A stretch of DNA of 64,000 bases from Candidatus Paracaedimonas acanthamoebae (lineage in GTDB: Bacteria > Pseudomonadota > Alphaproteobacteria > Caedimonadales > Caedimonadaceae). Shown here piece after piece: positions 17,585-27,989 of the stretch. A model generated the notes under the pieces. It was not told where the DNA came from, ran no database searches, and saw nothing but the letters and a program-made list of their open reading frames with translations. The stretch is from the NCBI GenBank assembly GCA_017307065.1, contig JAFKGL010000010.1, positions 9,500 to 73,499 of the forward strand, read 5' to 3'. Both the position numbers and the translations under genes were made by a program. The number at the start of each line of letters is the position of its first letter. Position 1 is the first letter of the stretch.

Positions 17585-18239
17585 TCTCCTATTCTGGTGT
17601 TTTATGGGGAGTGGTTGGTTGATTTCTAATTTTGCATACGCAAAAATTAAAGAGCAACCTATTGAAAAGGCAGAAGTTCCGATCGAAATTAATTCTGATA
17701 ATGGAATTATCTGTGAGCGTGATAAAAATATGTGTACGGCTTATGGAAATGTTGAAGTGATCCATAAAGCGTACAAATTAAAGTGTGACAAGCTCGTAAC
17801 GTATTTCAGATCAACAGCACATTCAAAAAATGAATTATATAAAATTGAGGCAAGTGGGCATGCCATCATGAGTTCTCCTGATAAAATTATTGAAGCTGAA
17901 CTTTTGAAAGCGCATATCAAAAAAGATGCAACAAGAAAATATAATCTTGATGAAATTGAGGCCTTTAATAACGTGATTATTGTGACCCAAAAAGAAATTG
18001 CGAAAGCGAAATATGGTCATTATCAACCAGAGAAGGATGTCGTAATATTAAAAGAAGATGTTCAAATCACAAACGAAGAGGGGCAAATGCATGGTGCTTA
18101 TGCTGAAGTTGACCTCGACAAAGGCATCAGTAAAATGTTAAGAAAATCTCCAATACAAGAACAAGATAAAAAAGTAAAAACCGCACCGAATCGTGTAAAA
18201 GTGCTTATTTTACCTAAAACGCAGAGAACAATAAGATAA
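17574..18239 (+). CDS. lptA: LPS transport periplasmic protein LptA (OstA-like)
   Basis: Signal peptide from the internal ATG ([24 protein letters not shown]), OstA-like repeats and synteny before lptB. The start overlaps the lptC end by 11 nt. Confidence 0.72.
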   Translation: MKNSLLFWCFMGSGWLISNFAYAKIKEQPIEKAEVPIEINSDNGIICERDKNMCTAYGNVEVIHKAYKLKCDKLVTYFRSTAHSKNELYKIEASGHAIMSSPDKIIEAELLKAHIKKDATRKYNLDEIEAFNNVIIVTQKEIAKAKYGHYQPEKDVVILKEDVQITNEEGQMHGAYAEVDLDKGISKMLRKSPIQEQDKKVKTAPNRVKVLILPKTQRTIR

Positions 18240-18243
18240 AATT

Positions 18244-19002
18244 ATGGCTTCTTCTCAACCCACGACATCTCTTTTAAAAGGAACAGGCTTGGAAGCTATA
18301 ATGCTTGGTAAAAGCTACCGCAAACGACCTGTTGTAAAAGATGTTTCTCTTCATGTGCAAAGAGGCGAAGCAGTTGGGTTACTTGGACCGAATGGTGCAG
18401 GAAAGACAACTTGTTTTTCAATGATCGCAGGATTGGTAAAACCCGATCAAGGCCAGATATATTTTGATGGTTATGAAATTGGGGCTTTACCCATGTATCG
18501 TCGTGCTCGCCTAGGAATAGGATATCTTCCTCAAGAAGCCTCTATTTTTAGGGGGCTGACAGTTGAAGAGAATATAAAAGCAGTTCTTGAAGTAACGGTG
18601 AAAGATTCTGATGAACGTGAAGATATGTTAGAAGGTTTGCTTTCAGAGTTTATGATTACGCATCTAAGACGCTCAGTGGCTATTACACTCTCAGGGGGAG
18701 AGCGTCGTCGCGTTGAAATCGCGAGAGCTTTAGCGACCCACCCTCATTTTATCATGCTTGATGAACCTCTCGCAGGAATTGACCCTATTGCTGTTCACGA
18801 TATTCGTGAACTTATTTCTCACCTTAAAGATCGCAATATTGGTGTCCTCATTACAGATCACAACGTGCGTGAAACCCTTGATATTGTTGATCGCGCCTAT
18901 ATCATGAATGATGGGTATGTGTTGATGCAAGGAACTCCTTCTGAAATTATTGCCGATAAAAATGTAAGGCGTGTTTACTTAGGGGAAGGCTTTAAGCTTT
19001 AA
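18244..19002 (+). CDS. lptB: LPS export ABC transporter ATP-binding protein LptB
   Basis: Walker [10 protein letters not shown], signature LSGGERRR, Walker B FIMLDEP, H-loop ITDHN. Confidence 0.93.
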   Translation: MASSQPTTSLLKGTGLEAIMLGKSYRKRPVVKDVSLHVQRGEAVGLLGPNGAGKTTCFSMIAGLVKPDQGQIYFDGYEIGALPMYRRARLGIGYLPQEASIFRGLTVEENIKAVLEVTVKDSDEREDMLEGLLSEFMITHLRRSVAITLSGGERRRVEIARALATHPHFIMLDEPLAGIDPIAVHDIRELISHLKDRNIGVLITDHNVRETLDIVDRAYIMNDGYVLMQGTPSEIIADKNVRRVYLGEGFKL

Positions 19003-19010
19003 CGATAATC

Positions 19011-19039
19011 TTGACACATAATTTGCCAAGATCTACTAT
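19011..19039 (+). promoter_or_regulatory. Candidate sigma70-type promoter of the 897-aa gene
   Basis: TTGACA (19011-19016), 17-nt spacer, TACTAT (19034-19039), 54 nt upstream of the ATG at 19093. Confidence 0.5.
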
Positions 19040-19092
19040 AGTCATCAAATTTCTTCCCAATAATTCTTAACTTTTTGGTTTAAATTTTTGAC

Positions 19093-21786
19093 ATGATCCA
19101 ACGTTTCATTTTGCGTCTTAGTTTTTTGATCATCTTGTCGACTTCCTTAAAGGCAACGGATTTATATTTTTTTGATGGTTTGGATAAATTTGTACAGTCT
19201 AAACTCTTTTCAAAAGGTTATCCTTCTGCGCTCTATTATTCTCCGTCATTAAGGTTTAGTGAGAAGGAAAGAATAAAAAATGGAAGATTTTTTGGGAATT
19301 ATGGTCAATGGAACCCTGAGTTTCCTGTTCATTTTCAAGCTATTTCTTTTGATGATGGGATAGTTTTTTGTCCTCAAGATTCCATCTCGAGTATTTTACA
19401 ACTTCTTTTTCCGTCTCCAGGGAGCATTGAGCTTCAACCTAACCAAACAATTTCAGACCCTATTAACTCAGCCTCCTTTAAAACTTTAGGAATGATGTCC
19501 CGCAAAATTGACGAAGGTAGTATGATTTCTGAGGTTGAAAAAAGTGAGCAAACACTTAGAGACTCGCTTCATCAGCTATTTCCTTTGGAAGAGAGGGAAG
19601 AAAAAACATCTTTCTTTGATGTTCCTGCTGTGAGTTTAAAAGAGTGTATAACCCATTATAAAGCTTTTCTTGCGTATGACTTTAAGAAGAATTTAGCTTT
19701 ATATACTGCTAAACTTCTGAATGGAATTTCAGAAGAAGATTTAGAAGATGTAGACTTTACTCAAGATGACCCAGATAAATATACAAAAGCACTTAAATCT
19801 ATTGAAAAAAATGATCTTTTTGAGAAAGGATTACTAAAAGATAATGAATTAGAGGATTATATTCTTTATTGGGATCAATATAATAAATATAAAGCATTTA
19901 AGGGTAGAAAATTAATTGAAGCACAACTAGCTGAAATAAATGGCTTTAAACATAGATGTAAAGATGAGCTGTTTTTAGAAGAAAATAAGGCTCAATTTAA
20001 AAAATTTATTTTTGTTGAAACTCTTATTCAGGCGCTTTCCCAGCAACGAAATGATGAAAGAAGTTATTCTTATCCAGCATTTATTGTTCAAAGAGCTTTG
20101 GTAACTTACTTCTGGATGAAGGCAAAAAATGAGTCGGATATTGCCGATTGGTTTTCTGGTCTACTTGATGTTTCTTCAGATGAGGTCATGCCTCACATTA
20201 AATCACGCTTTTCGCTCGCTAAATATGAACCTTGGAAAGCAATGGTTTTAGAAAGGTCACCTGGAAGTGAAGAAATACTTTTAAATTCTGAGAAACTTGC
20301 TCTTCTTTCTTGGGGATATCAACTTTTTGATGCTTTTTTGCCACCTCTTATTCCTTATGGTACATCAAGATATAAGGGGCAGTCTTTTGCGAATTGTGTT
20401 GAAACATCGTGCTTTAACTTCTTACATTTTATCTCTCGACGGAAAGGGGAACAAGGTTATCATCAAGATATAAACGCATTCCCTTTAACTTCTTTAGCTT
20501 ATAAAATTTTTAAGCAACATCCAGATCCTACCACACACTTTTCACCAGAAGTGCATGATGAATGGGCGACGATGTTATCTGCCAGAAAAGGAGTTGTTTA
20601 TTGCAAACCTGGGACGGCACCTCGTGAAAAAAGAACCTATGAATTGAAGGCTGGAATTATGAATATTCTGAATTGCCTTAACTTAGTTCTTGCAGATTCT
20701 CCTGAAGAAATTCCTCTTATTCATTTTGAAGAGGGAGAAGAAGCTATTGAAAATGCAATAGCAGAATTAAATCAAAAATTTTCTTTTGAAGCAGAACTTG
20801 AGGAATCTTTAAGAAAGGAAGAATTAAAAGACTATTTTGGTGATCTTATTTTTAAAGTTAATGATAAGAAAAGCTTTATATGGCATATTACGACAATGCA
20901 CTCAAATATTGAAGTGTGCGAAGATGAAGAAAATAATTGGCGTAAAACTGTTCCTACAGAACAGTTCTTATCTACATCGCTTTTAAGAGAAATATCTCCC
21001 CAATTTTTAAGTTTAGATTTTTTGAGGGAACAAAGCTCTCGCTTATCACCTTCAGAGCTTTCTTCGTTTTGTTATGGTGTCGATGTTAGATCACTTAAAA
21101 CTAAACTGTCTTTTATTGAGCTTATTTTTAGGAATCGGCTTGGATTTTTAGAAAATTTTGCACGGTCTTTAATGGCGTCAGTATTAAATTTACAGGATTA
21201 TCATGCAATCAATCAACTGACTTCAATGTTAATTTCTCTTACAATAGGAGATAATCCGGTTCTTACTGATGAGAAAATGTGTGCCATAATTTCTTGCAAC
21301 CCACAAATTATGGAAGGGTATCTTGAAAATCAAGAGCTCTCAGCCACTATAGAGCAGGCGATCGTGTGGGCGTATAAAAATAGTAAAAAGAATTGGGTTG
21401 AGCTTACTGCTCCAGCTATAACATCGTTAGCTATTAATGATTGGAACGCAGACTTAACGGAATTTTTGAACATGCTTCCTCAATTTAAAAAGTTAGAAGG
21501 CCTGTGTTTAACTGTGCATAATGAATTTTTATCATTATTAGATTATTTTCCTTCTAAATTAGAAAGTTTAGTTTTAAGTAGCTCTTTAAAAGAAGAAGAA
21601 CTTAAAGAATTTATTGACGCTTTTTTTAAAAAAGTACCAGAAGGGAATTTGAGACTTTTCCCGTCAATAATCCATTCTGATCAAAAACAGGCTCTTTCAG
21701 ACCTTGAAGAAAGATTAAAAAATTTCGGGAAAGAGCTTGGAATTTCTCAAGAACAGTTAAGTGTAAATTATAAACCATCTATATAA
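19093..21786 (+). CDS. Large hypothetical secreted protein (897 aa), possible effector-like protein with leucine-rich C-terminal region
   Basis: Long uninterrupted ORF with its own promoter-like element and an N-terminal signal-like peptide (RFILRLSFLIILSTSLKA/TD). Visibly AT-rich. The C-terminus has LxxLxL-type segments (LEGLCLTV, LESLVLSS). No family recognised. Confidence 0.7.
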   Translation: MIQRFILRLSFLIILSTSLKATDLYFFDGLDKFVQSKLFSKGYPSALYYSPSLRFSEKERIKNGRFFGNYGQWNPEFPVHFQAISFDDGIVFCPQDSISSILQLLFPSPGSIELQPNQTISDPINSASFKTLGMMSRKIDEGSMISEVEKSEQTLRDSLHQLFPLEEREEKTSFFDVPAVSLKECITHYKAFLAYDFKKNLALYTAKLLNGISEEDLEDVDFTQDDPDKYTKALKSIEKNDLFEKGLLKDNELEDYILYWDQYNKYKAFKGRKLIEAQLAEINGFKHRCKDELFLEENKAQFKKFIFVETLIQALSQQRNDERSYSYPAFIVQRALVTYFWMKAKNESDIADWFSGLLDVSSDEVMPHIKSRFSLAKYEPWKAMVLERSPGSEEILLNSEKLALLSWGYQLFDAFLPPLIPYGTSRYKGQSFANCVETSCFNFLHFISRRKGEQGYHQDINAFPLTSLAYKIFKQHPDPTTHFSPEVHDEWATMLSARKGVVYCKPGTAPREKRTYELKAGIMNILNCLNLVLADSPEEIPLIHFEEGEEAIENAIAELNQKFSFEAELEESLRKEELKDYFGDLIFKVNDKKSFIWHITTMHSNIEVCEDEENNWRKTVPTEQFLSTSLLREISPQFLSLDFLREQSSRLSPSELSSFCYGVDVRSLKTKLSFIELIFRNRLGFLENFARSLMASVLNLQDYHAINQLTSMLISLTIGDNPVLTDEKMCAIISCNPQIMEGYLENQELSATIEQAIVWAYKNSKKNWVELTAPAITSLAINDWNADLTEFLNMLPQFKKLEGLCLTVHNEFLSLLDYFPSKLESLVLSSSLKEEELKEFIDAFFKKVPEGNLRLFPSIIHSDQKQALSDLEERLKNFGKELGISQEQLSVNYKPSI

Positions 21787-21882
21787 AGCCAATAAAATAA
21801 GGCACACAACACAGACATTTACAATTCTTTAATAGAGTTACTGGTATAACTTCTTAATACTGTTTTGCAGGGAAAGAAGTTA

Positions 21883-23085
21883 ATGAAGAATAGAATCCAA
21901 CAATATATCAATATCGAATCTTTGTCGGGGATCTTGCTCTTTAGTGGAATGATTTTGGCGTTATGCATAAGTAATAGTAGTCTTTATGATATTTACCTTA
22001 ACCTTATAAACCTCCCTATCAGTATTACAGTCGGTGATTTTGGACTTCATAAGCCTCTCATAAAATGGACAAATGATGGGTTGATGGCGATCTTTTTCCT
22101 AACAATTACGCTTGAGGCTAAATATCATTTTTTGGAAGGAGAATTTACGTCTCGAGAAAACCTTAAGCTCCCGATCATCGGAGCCTTTGGGGGAGCCATC
22201 GTGCCCGCTATTGTTTATTATTTTATTAATGGCGATGATTCTTTACAGGCAAAAGGATGGGCGATTCCAATTGCCACAGATACAGCTTTTATTCTTGGTA
22301 TACTCTCATTCTTTTCGACGAAAATACCGCTTACCTTGCGTTTATTTGTCGTCGCTCTTTCAATTATTGATGATATTATTGCGGTAATGGTGTTAGCTAT
22401 TTTTTATACTGCTTCCATAAATTATATTCCGCTTCTTATTGCTGTTCTTATTCTGCTTCTCTTGACTGTTATTAATCTATTAAAAGTCAGTAAGCTTAGT
22501 ATCTACTTAGTTTTAGGAATAGGGCTTTGGTTATCTCTCGTAGAAGCGGGCGTCCATGGAACGCTTGCAGGCGTTCTTCTGGGTGCTTTTATTCCTCTCA
22601 GGGTCAAAGAGTTAGATCAAAAAGCATCTTCTCCTTTAAAAAGACTCGAACACTCTCTTCATCCTTTTGTGGCTTTAATAATTTTACCTATTTTTGCTTT
22701 TTTAAATTGTGAAGTTGCTTTTAAAGAATTGTCGATACCTGATTTTTATTCATCAATTACACTGGGAATTATCGCAGGCTTATTTATTGGGAAACCCCTC
22801 GGGATTATGGGATTCTCTTTTACGGCTATTAAGATGGGATTATGTAGACTTCCTTGTGACATAAGTTGGAGAATATATGGGGCAATTAATGTCCTTTGTG
22901 GGATAGGTTTCACGTTTAGTTTATTTATTGGAACTCTGTCATTTGAAGATAAAACTTATACGAATCAGATGGAACTCGGTGTAATTTTAGGATCTTTATT
23001 TTCTGCCTTTATGGGGACGATGTTATTAAGAAAGGCTCTTAAGACTTCTCACTTTGGCACAGAAAATCATTCAGTATCGAGCTGA
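21883..23085 (+). CDS. nhaA: Na+/H+ antiporter NhaA
   Basis: About 12 TM helices. Conserved paired Asp motif (LSIIDDIIAV) and NhaA-like N-terminus (GILLFSGMILALCISNS). ATG at 21883 preferred over TTG at 21865. Confidence 0.9.
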   Translation: MKNRIQQYINIESLSGILLFSGMILALCISNSSLYDIYLNLINLPISITVGDFGLHKPLIKWTNDGLMAIFFLTITLEAKYHFLEGEFTSRENLKLPIIGAFGGAIVPAIVYYFINGDDSLQAKGWAIPIATDTAFILGILSFFSTKIPLTLRLFVVALSIIDDIIAVMVLAIFYTASINYIPLLIAVLILLLLTVINLLKVSKLSIYLVLGIGLWLSLVEAGVHGTLAGVLLGAFIPLRVKELDQKASSPLKRLEHSLHPFVALIILPIFAFLNCEVAFKELSIPDFYSSITLGIIAGLFIGKPLGIMGFSFTAIKMGLCRLPCDISWRIYGAINVLCGIGFTFSLFIGTLSFEDKTYTNQMELGVILGSLFSAFMGTMLLRKALKTSHFGTENHSVSS

Positions 23086-23096
23086 AAGATTCTTTC

Positions 23097-23741
23097 TTAG
23101 TACACATGACGTAAATTATTTACGAAAGTGGAAAGTCCAATCTGACGTTGACGTTTAAGCCGTTCTGCAACCAAAATAGCTTGAATGTCTGCCACACTTT
23201 GCTCAAAATCTTCATTAACAATAACATAATCGTATTCAGCCCAATGACTCATTTCGTCAACGGCCTTTGCCATGCGCGCACTGACGACTTCTTCTGAATC
23301 TTGGGCGCGATTTTTTAAACGTTCTTCAAGAGTCTCGCAGGAAGGGGGTAAAATAAAAATCGTTACCATATCTCCACGAGCTGTTTGGCTAAGGGCCTGA
23401 GTACCTTGCCAATCAATATCAAAAAGAACATCTTTTCCTTGGGATAAGGCTTTTTCAACAGGCGCACGCGGTGTTCCATAATCATTGTCAAAAACGCGCG
23501 CATGTTCAAGGAGCTCACCTTCATCTCGTAATTTTGCAAATTCAAGAGGTGTGACGAAGAAGTAATCGCGACTATGGATTTCACCAGGTCTTTGTTTTCT
23601 TGTTGTAATTGAGATTGAAAGCATCAATTGGAGATCAGTTTCGAGTAATTTTCGCGCTAAAGAAGTTTTCCCTGCGCCTGAAGGAGACGAGAGAACGAGC
23701 ATTAAGCCTCGTCTTTCAATATCAATAAATCGTTTTTTCAT
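23097..23741 (-). CDS. gmk: Guanylate kinase
   Basis: P-loop SSPSGAGKTS, TTRKQRPGE, DIDWQG motifs. ATG at 23741 preferred over TTG at 23747. Confidence 0.93.
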   Translation of the reverse strand: MKKRFIDIERRGLMLVLSSPSGAGKTSLARKLLETDLQLMLSISITTRKQRPGEIHSRDYFFVTPLEFAKLRDEGELLEHARVFDNDYGTPRAPVEKALSQGKDVLFDIDWQGTQALSQTARGDMVTIFILPPSCETLEERLKNRAQDSEEVVSARMAKAVDEMSHWAEYDYVIVNEDFEQSVADIQAILVAERLKRQRQIGLSTFVNNLRHVY

Positions 23742-24007
23742 AACCAAGTTCTATCATTCCTTAATCTGAGCTGCAAGGAGAAGACGCAAAGCCAAAAGAA
23801 TTTAGAAAGTAAAAAACTCAAGTATTTGATAAATAAATGAAATATAAAGGATATGGAAAAATAAAGGGACCCCCTATAATTTTTTATTAGCATTTTTCCT
23901 TAAACATGAAGAAGATAAAAAGGCATATTTAAAAGAGAACATAGGAACTTGGGTAGGATTCATTATACTTAATGAGAGATACATTTCAGATATATCAAAG
24001 GGAATAA

Positions 24008-25231
24008 ATGGATAAAAGATTTGATTGGTTAGTGCCTGTGATTTTAGTGCTGGCAATCGCAGCAACTGAAATGGCAGTGGATATGTATATTCCAAGTTTG
24101 CCACTTCTTTCTCACTATTTTCATGTTGAAGAAGAGATCGTTGCCTTAACACTGAGTGGCCATTTATTTGCACTTTTTATCTCAGGAACAATTTATGGTC
24201 CACTTTCCGATCGTTTGGGGCGTAGGTTTACGCTTATTTTAGGAATGACAATTTTTACATTTGGCGCATTTCTAGGAGGGATGGCGCCTACAATGGAATT
24301 CCTTATAGGGGCCCGTTTTATTCAAGGACTAGGGGGAAGTGTTTCTTGGATTGTGGGGATCGCCATGGTAAAAGATCTTTACCAAGAAGAGAGATGTTCT
24401 CGTATCCTTTCAACAATGTATATGGTGATCGCCTTTGCGCCAGGAATTGCGCCTATTATTGGGACTCAAGTCGTTGCAACTTCAGGATGGCGTGCAACTT
24501 TTTTTGTTGTTTCTGCTCTTGCTTTGATAGTGACTCTCGTTATGGCAGTTGCGCTTAAGGAAACGTTATTACCAGAAAAGCGGATGAAACTTTCTCTTAA
24601 GATGCTTTTTTTGAACTACTGTACAATCATTAAAAACCCGCTTTTTTCAGGATATGCGATGATTTCCGCCTTATTGTACGCAGGATGGTGGGGATATATT
24701 TCTGCCATCCCTTACATTCTTATGGATGTTTTAAAAGTTGAATTGATCCATTTTGGTTATTATCAAATGGCTCTTGTTTTTGCCTTTATTATTGGATCAA
24801 ATTTAAATCGCTTTTGTGTGACGAAAGTAGGAGTAAATATTGTCTTAATCTATGGCCTTATTATTTGTACAATTGGAAGTATCTTGTTCTTATTGTATGC
24901 ATTTATGGCGGTAGCTGACCCTTTCTACATAACGGCTTTAATGGGAATTTATTCTATTGGTATGGGGCTGGTATTTGCAAATACAGCAACACGTGCTCTT
25001 GATGTTTTTCCAGATCTTAGGGGGGCGGCTTCTGCAATGATGGGAGGTTTTGAATCTTTAATTCCGGCCGTAACTGTCTCTGTTGTCAGTAATTTTTTTG
25101 ACGATACGGTCTTGCCAATTGCATGGGTACAGCTTATTTGTTCTGTAGTTTGTGTTTTAATTATTTCAATTTTAGTGATAAAAGAATCTTCTTTAAACAC
25201 GCTACAAAACCATTTTAAAAAAGCGGCTTAA
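24008..25231 (+). CDS. MFS transporter, Bcr/CflA-type drug resistance subfamily
   Basis: 12 TM helices and the MFS loop 2-3 motif (GPLSDRLGRRFTLILGM). Confidence 0.85.
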   Translation: MDKRFDWLVPVILVLAIAATEMAVDMYIPSLPLLSHYFHVEEEIVALTLSGHLFALFISGTIYGPLSDRLGRRFTLILGMTIFTFGAFLGGMAPTMEFLIGARFIQGLGGSVSWIVGIAMVKDLYQEERCSRILSTMYMVIAFAPGIAPIIGTQVVATSGWRATFFVVSALALIVTLVMAVALKETLLPEKRMKLSLKMLFLNYCTIIKNPLFSGYAMISALLYAGWWGYISAIPYILMDVLKVELIHFGYYQMALVFAFIIGSNLNRFCVTKVGVNIVLIYGLIICTIGSILFLLYAFMAVADPFYITALMGIYSIGMGLVFANTATRALDVFPDLRGAASAMMGGFESLIPAVTVSVVSNFFDDTVLPIAWVQLICSVVCVLIISILVIKESSLNTLQNHFKKAA

Positions 25232-25251
25232 GCCCGCATAGGATCAAATAA

Positions 25252-26565
25252 GTGACATCGACTCAAAAGCCTGCTTTTGGCATTTTTCGCTCTACAGCTC
25301 TTGTTGTTGGCAATATGGTTGGAACAAGTATTTTCTTGCTTCCTTCAGTTCTTGCATCTTTTGGTTCAATAAGTCTCTTGGGGTGGCTGGTAACCTCAAT
25401 AGGCGCGATTTTTCTGGCTTTAACATTTGCTAATCTGAGTCGTCGCTTCCCACAGAGTGGGGGGCCTTATATTTATAGTCGTCTTGTATTTGGTGATTTT
25501 GTGGGATTTCAAATGGCTTGGACGTATTGGATTGCAAATTGGGTTAGTAATGCAGCTGTTGCTATCGCTTTTGTTAATTTCTTAAGTTACTTTTGGCCTG
25601 CGCTGATGACGACACCGACCTATAGCTTTTTAATGTCTATAGGAATTCTATGGCTATTAACAGCTATCAATGCTCTAAGTTTGCGTCATGTTGGAAATAT
25701 CCAAGTCCTAACAACAGCTCTGAAACTTGTTCCCTTAATCGCAATTATTATTTTTGGCTTTTTTAAAGTTGATAAGGCTAATTTTGCCCCTTTCTTAGGG
25801 AATACTGAAAATGTATTTTTTACGATTCAACAGGCTGCAGCATTGACCTTGTTTAGTTTTATGGGATTAGAATCGGCCACAATCCCCGCAGAACAAGTTC
25901 AAAATCCTAAAAAGACTATTCCACGAGCAACAGTCTGGGGAACACTTATCGCCGCTTTTATTTATATTTTGAGCAATTTTGTTGTTTTTGGTGTTGTGCC
26001 TTCGAGCGAGGTTGTTGGGGCATGCTCTCCTTTCTCTCAAGTCAGTGAAGTTTTGTTTGGATCTTGGGCAGGACCGATCATTGCGGCTGCAGCAACTTTT
26101 TCTTGTTTTGGAACCTTAAATGGTTGGATTCTTATCCAGGGACAAATTCCAATGGCTGCTGCCCGGGATGGTTTATTTCCTGCTTCCTTCGGTAAAGTCT
26201 CTCAAAAAGGGATTCCTATTTTTGGGCTTATTTTTTCAAGTTTTCTTATTACTTTGCTGTTGGCTATGAATTATGAAGTTGGCCTCGTTGAACAATTCAA
26301 GTTTATTGTGAATTTGACGACATTTGCTATTTTATTGCCTTATTTATACTCAAGTGCTGCAGAACTCTTGCTTTTGTTGCAAGAAAACAAAAATAAAGAT
26401 CAACTGCGATTTTCGAAAGCAATGCTTGTTCCTCTTGTTGGGATAATTTATGCTATGTGGACGATTACTGGAGCTGGAACGGAAGTTGTCTTTTTAGGCA
26501 GCCTCTTTTTATTTTCTAGTCTTCCCGTGTACGTTTGGATGAAAGCAAAACAAAGCTCAAAATAA
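25252..26565 (+). CDS. APC-superfamily amino acid permease (basic amino acid/polyamine antiporter-like)
   Basis: GTG start. N-terminus resembles the AdiC/APA family (VVGNMVGTSIFLLPSVLASFGSISLLGWLVTSIGAIFLAL...GGPYIYS). 12 TM helices. Confidence 0.82.
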   Translation: MTSTQKPAFGIFRSTALVVGNMVGTSIFLLPSVLASFGSISLLGWLVTSIGAIFLALTFANLSRRFPQSGGPYIYSRLVFGDFVGFQMAWTYWIANWVSNAAVAIAFVNFLSYFWPALMTTPTYSFLMSIGILWLLTAINALSLRHVGNIQVLTTALKLVPLIAIIIFGFFKVDKANFAPFLGNTENVFFTIQQAAALTLFSFMGLESATIPAEQVQNPKKTIPRATVWGTLIAAFIYILSNFVVFGVVPSSEVVGACSPFSQVSEVLFGSWAGPIIAAAATFSCFGTLNGWILIQGQIPMAAARDGLFPASFGKVSQKGIPIFGLIFSSFLITLLLAMNYEVGLVEQFKFIVNLTTFAILLPYLYSSAAELLLLLQENKNKDQLRFSKAMLVPLVGIIYAMWTITGAGTEVVFLGSLFLFSSLPVYVWMKAKQSSK

Positions 26566-26603
26566 CAGTTTATATTTAATCCTCTCTCAGAAAGAATAAT
26601 TTA

Positions 26604-27947
26604 ATGAGTTTTATTCCTGAGCATCATGAAACTTTCTTACCTGAACCGTTGAGTGTAAGTGCCGTTGCTTATTCCATTAAGAATACGCTTGAACAAGCCT
26701 TTAATTTTATCCGAATTAAAGGGGAAATTTCAGGGGCTAAGCTTCACACATCAGGACATTTTTATTTTGCTTTAAAGGATGAACAATCTGTTTTAGACGG
26801 AGTGTGTTGGAAAGGGGTTTATGGGCGATTGCCTTTTAAACCTGTTGATGGCATGGAAGTTATTTGCACGGGGCGTATTACAAGTTATCCCGCCAGGTCA
26901 AAATACCAAATAGTTGTTGAAGCAATGGAAATAGCAGGGGAAGGTGCTCTTTTAAAAATTTTGGAAGAGCGTCGCCGTAAACTCGCGGCTGAAGGCCTTT
27001 TTGCTGAAGAGAGAAAGAAATCCCTTCCGTTTATTCCCCAGGTGATCGGAGTGGTTACTTCCGCTACTGGCGCCGTTATTAGAGATATTCTTCATCGTCT
27101 TCAAGATCGATTTCCGCGACACGTGATTGTGTGGCCTGTTTTAGTTCAAGGAGAAGGTGCTGCAGCACAAATTGCGACAGCGATTGAAAGCTTCAATCGT
27201 TTGACCTTCGAGGGGACTATTCCTCGTCCTGATTTATTGATTGTTGCCAGAGGAGGGGGAAGCCTCGAAGATCTTTGGTCTTTTAATGAAGAAATTGTTG
27301 TTCGTGCCGTTGCTAGAAGTCATATTCCGATTATCTCGGCAGTGGGTCATGAGACTGATACGACTTTAATTGATTTTGCAGCTGATTGGCGCGCTCCCAC
27401 ACCTACAGCGGCAGCAGAGAGAGCTGTTCCCGTGCGACGTGAGTTATTAGACATCAGTGCAAAATTATTGGAACGTTTAAATCGAGGCCTTTTAAGATAT
27501 AATGAAGGAGCCACTCAATATTTTGATGATTGGAATGAGCGTTTTTTGAATACAAAAACGATTTTTTTTACCCACATAGAGCAACGTCTAAAGACCTTAG
27601 TTGTTCAATTAAAACATCCTCGGATGCTACTCGCTCAGTCCGAAATAAACATTCATAATCTTTCAAATAGGCTTAATTTGAGTGGGAAGCAATATATCGA
27701 ACAGAGGTTGCTTTCTTTTCAAAACATGGCCCAGTTACTTCAGAGTTATTCTTTTCATCGAACCTTAGAACGTGGTTTTTGCTTGGTTCGATCTTCCAAA
27801 GGAGAAATAGTAAAAAAAACAGAGGAATTGCGTCCTCAACAAATTGTTACTTTAACATTTCAAGACGGTGATAAGCTTGCAAAGATACAATCAGAAGCGG
27901 AAAAAAGCACAACAGTGAACTCACATTCTCAAGGTTCACTTTTTTAA
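26604..27947 (+). CDS. xseA: Exodeoxyribonuclease VII large subunit
   Basis: N-terminal OB fold ([22 protein letters not shown]), catalytic core ([16 protein letters not shown]...[16 protein letters not shown]...[15 protein letters not shown]) and coiled-coil C-terminus. Confidence 0.92.
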   Translation: MSFIPEHHETFLPEPLSVSAVAYSIKNTLEQAFNFIRIKGEISGAKLHTSGHFYFALKDEQSVLDGVCWKGVYGRLPFKPVDGMEVICTGRITSYPARSKYQIVVEAMEIAGEGALLKILEERRRKLAAEGLFAEERKKSLPFIPQVIGVVTSATGAVIRDILHRLQDRFPRHVIVWPVLVQGEGAAAQIATAIESFNRLTFEGTIPRPDLLIVARGGGSLEDLWSFNEEIVVRAVARSHIPIISAVGHETDTTLIDFAADWRAPTPTAAAERAVPVRRELLDISAKLLERLNRGLLRYNEGATQYFDDWNERFLNTKTIFFTHIEQRLKTLVVQLKHPRMLLAQSEINIHNLSNRLNLSGKQYIEQRLLSFQNMAQLLQSYSFHRTLERGFCLVRSSKGEIVKKTEELRPQQIVTLTFQDGDKLAKIQSEAEKSTTVNSHSQGSLF

Positions 27948-27989
27948 GGCGCTGTAAAATTTTTTAGTGAAAAAAAGGTCAAAATATCT

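Noticed and set aside
23874-24173. 99-aa minus-strand ORF across the gmk/MFS intergenic region.
   Set aside because: It overlaps the MFS transporter start in antisense and has no motif or RBS.
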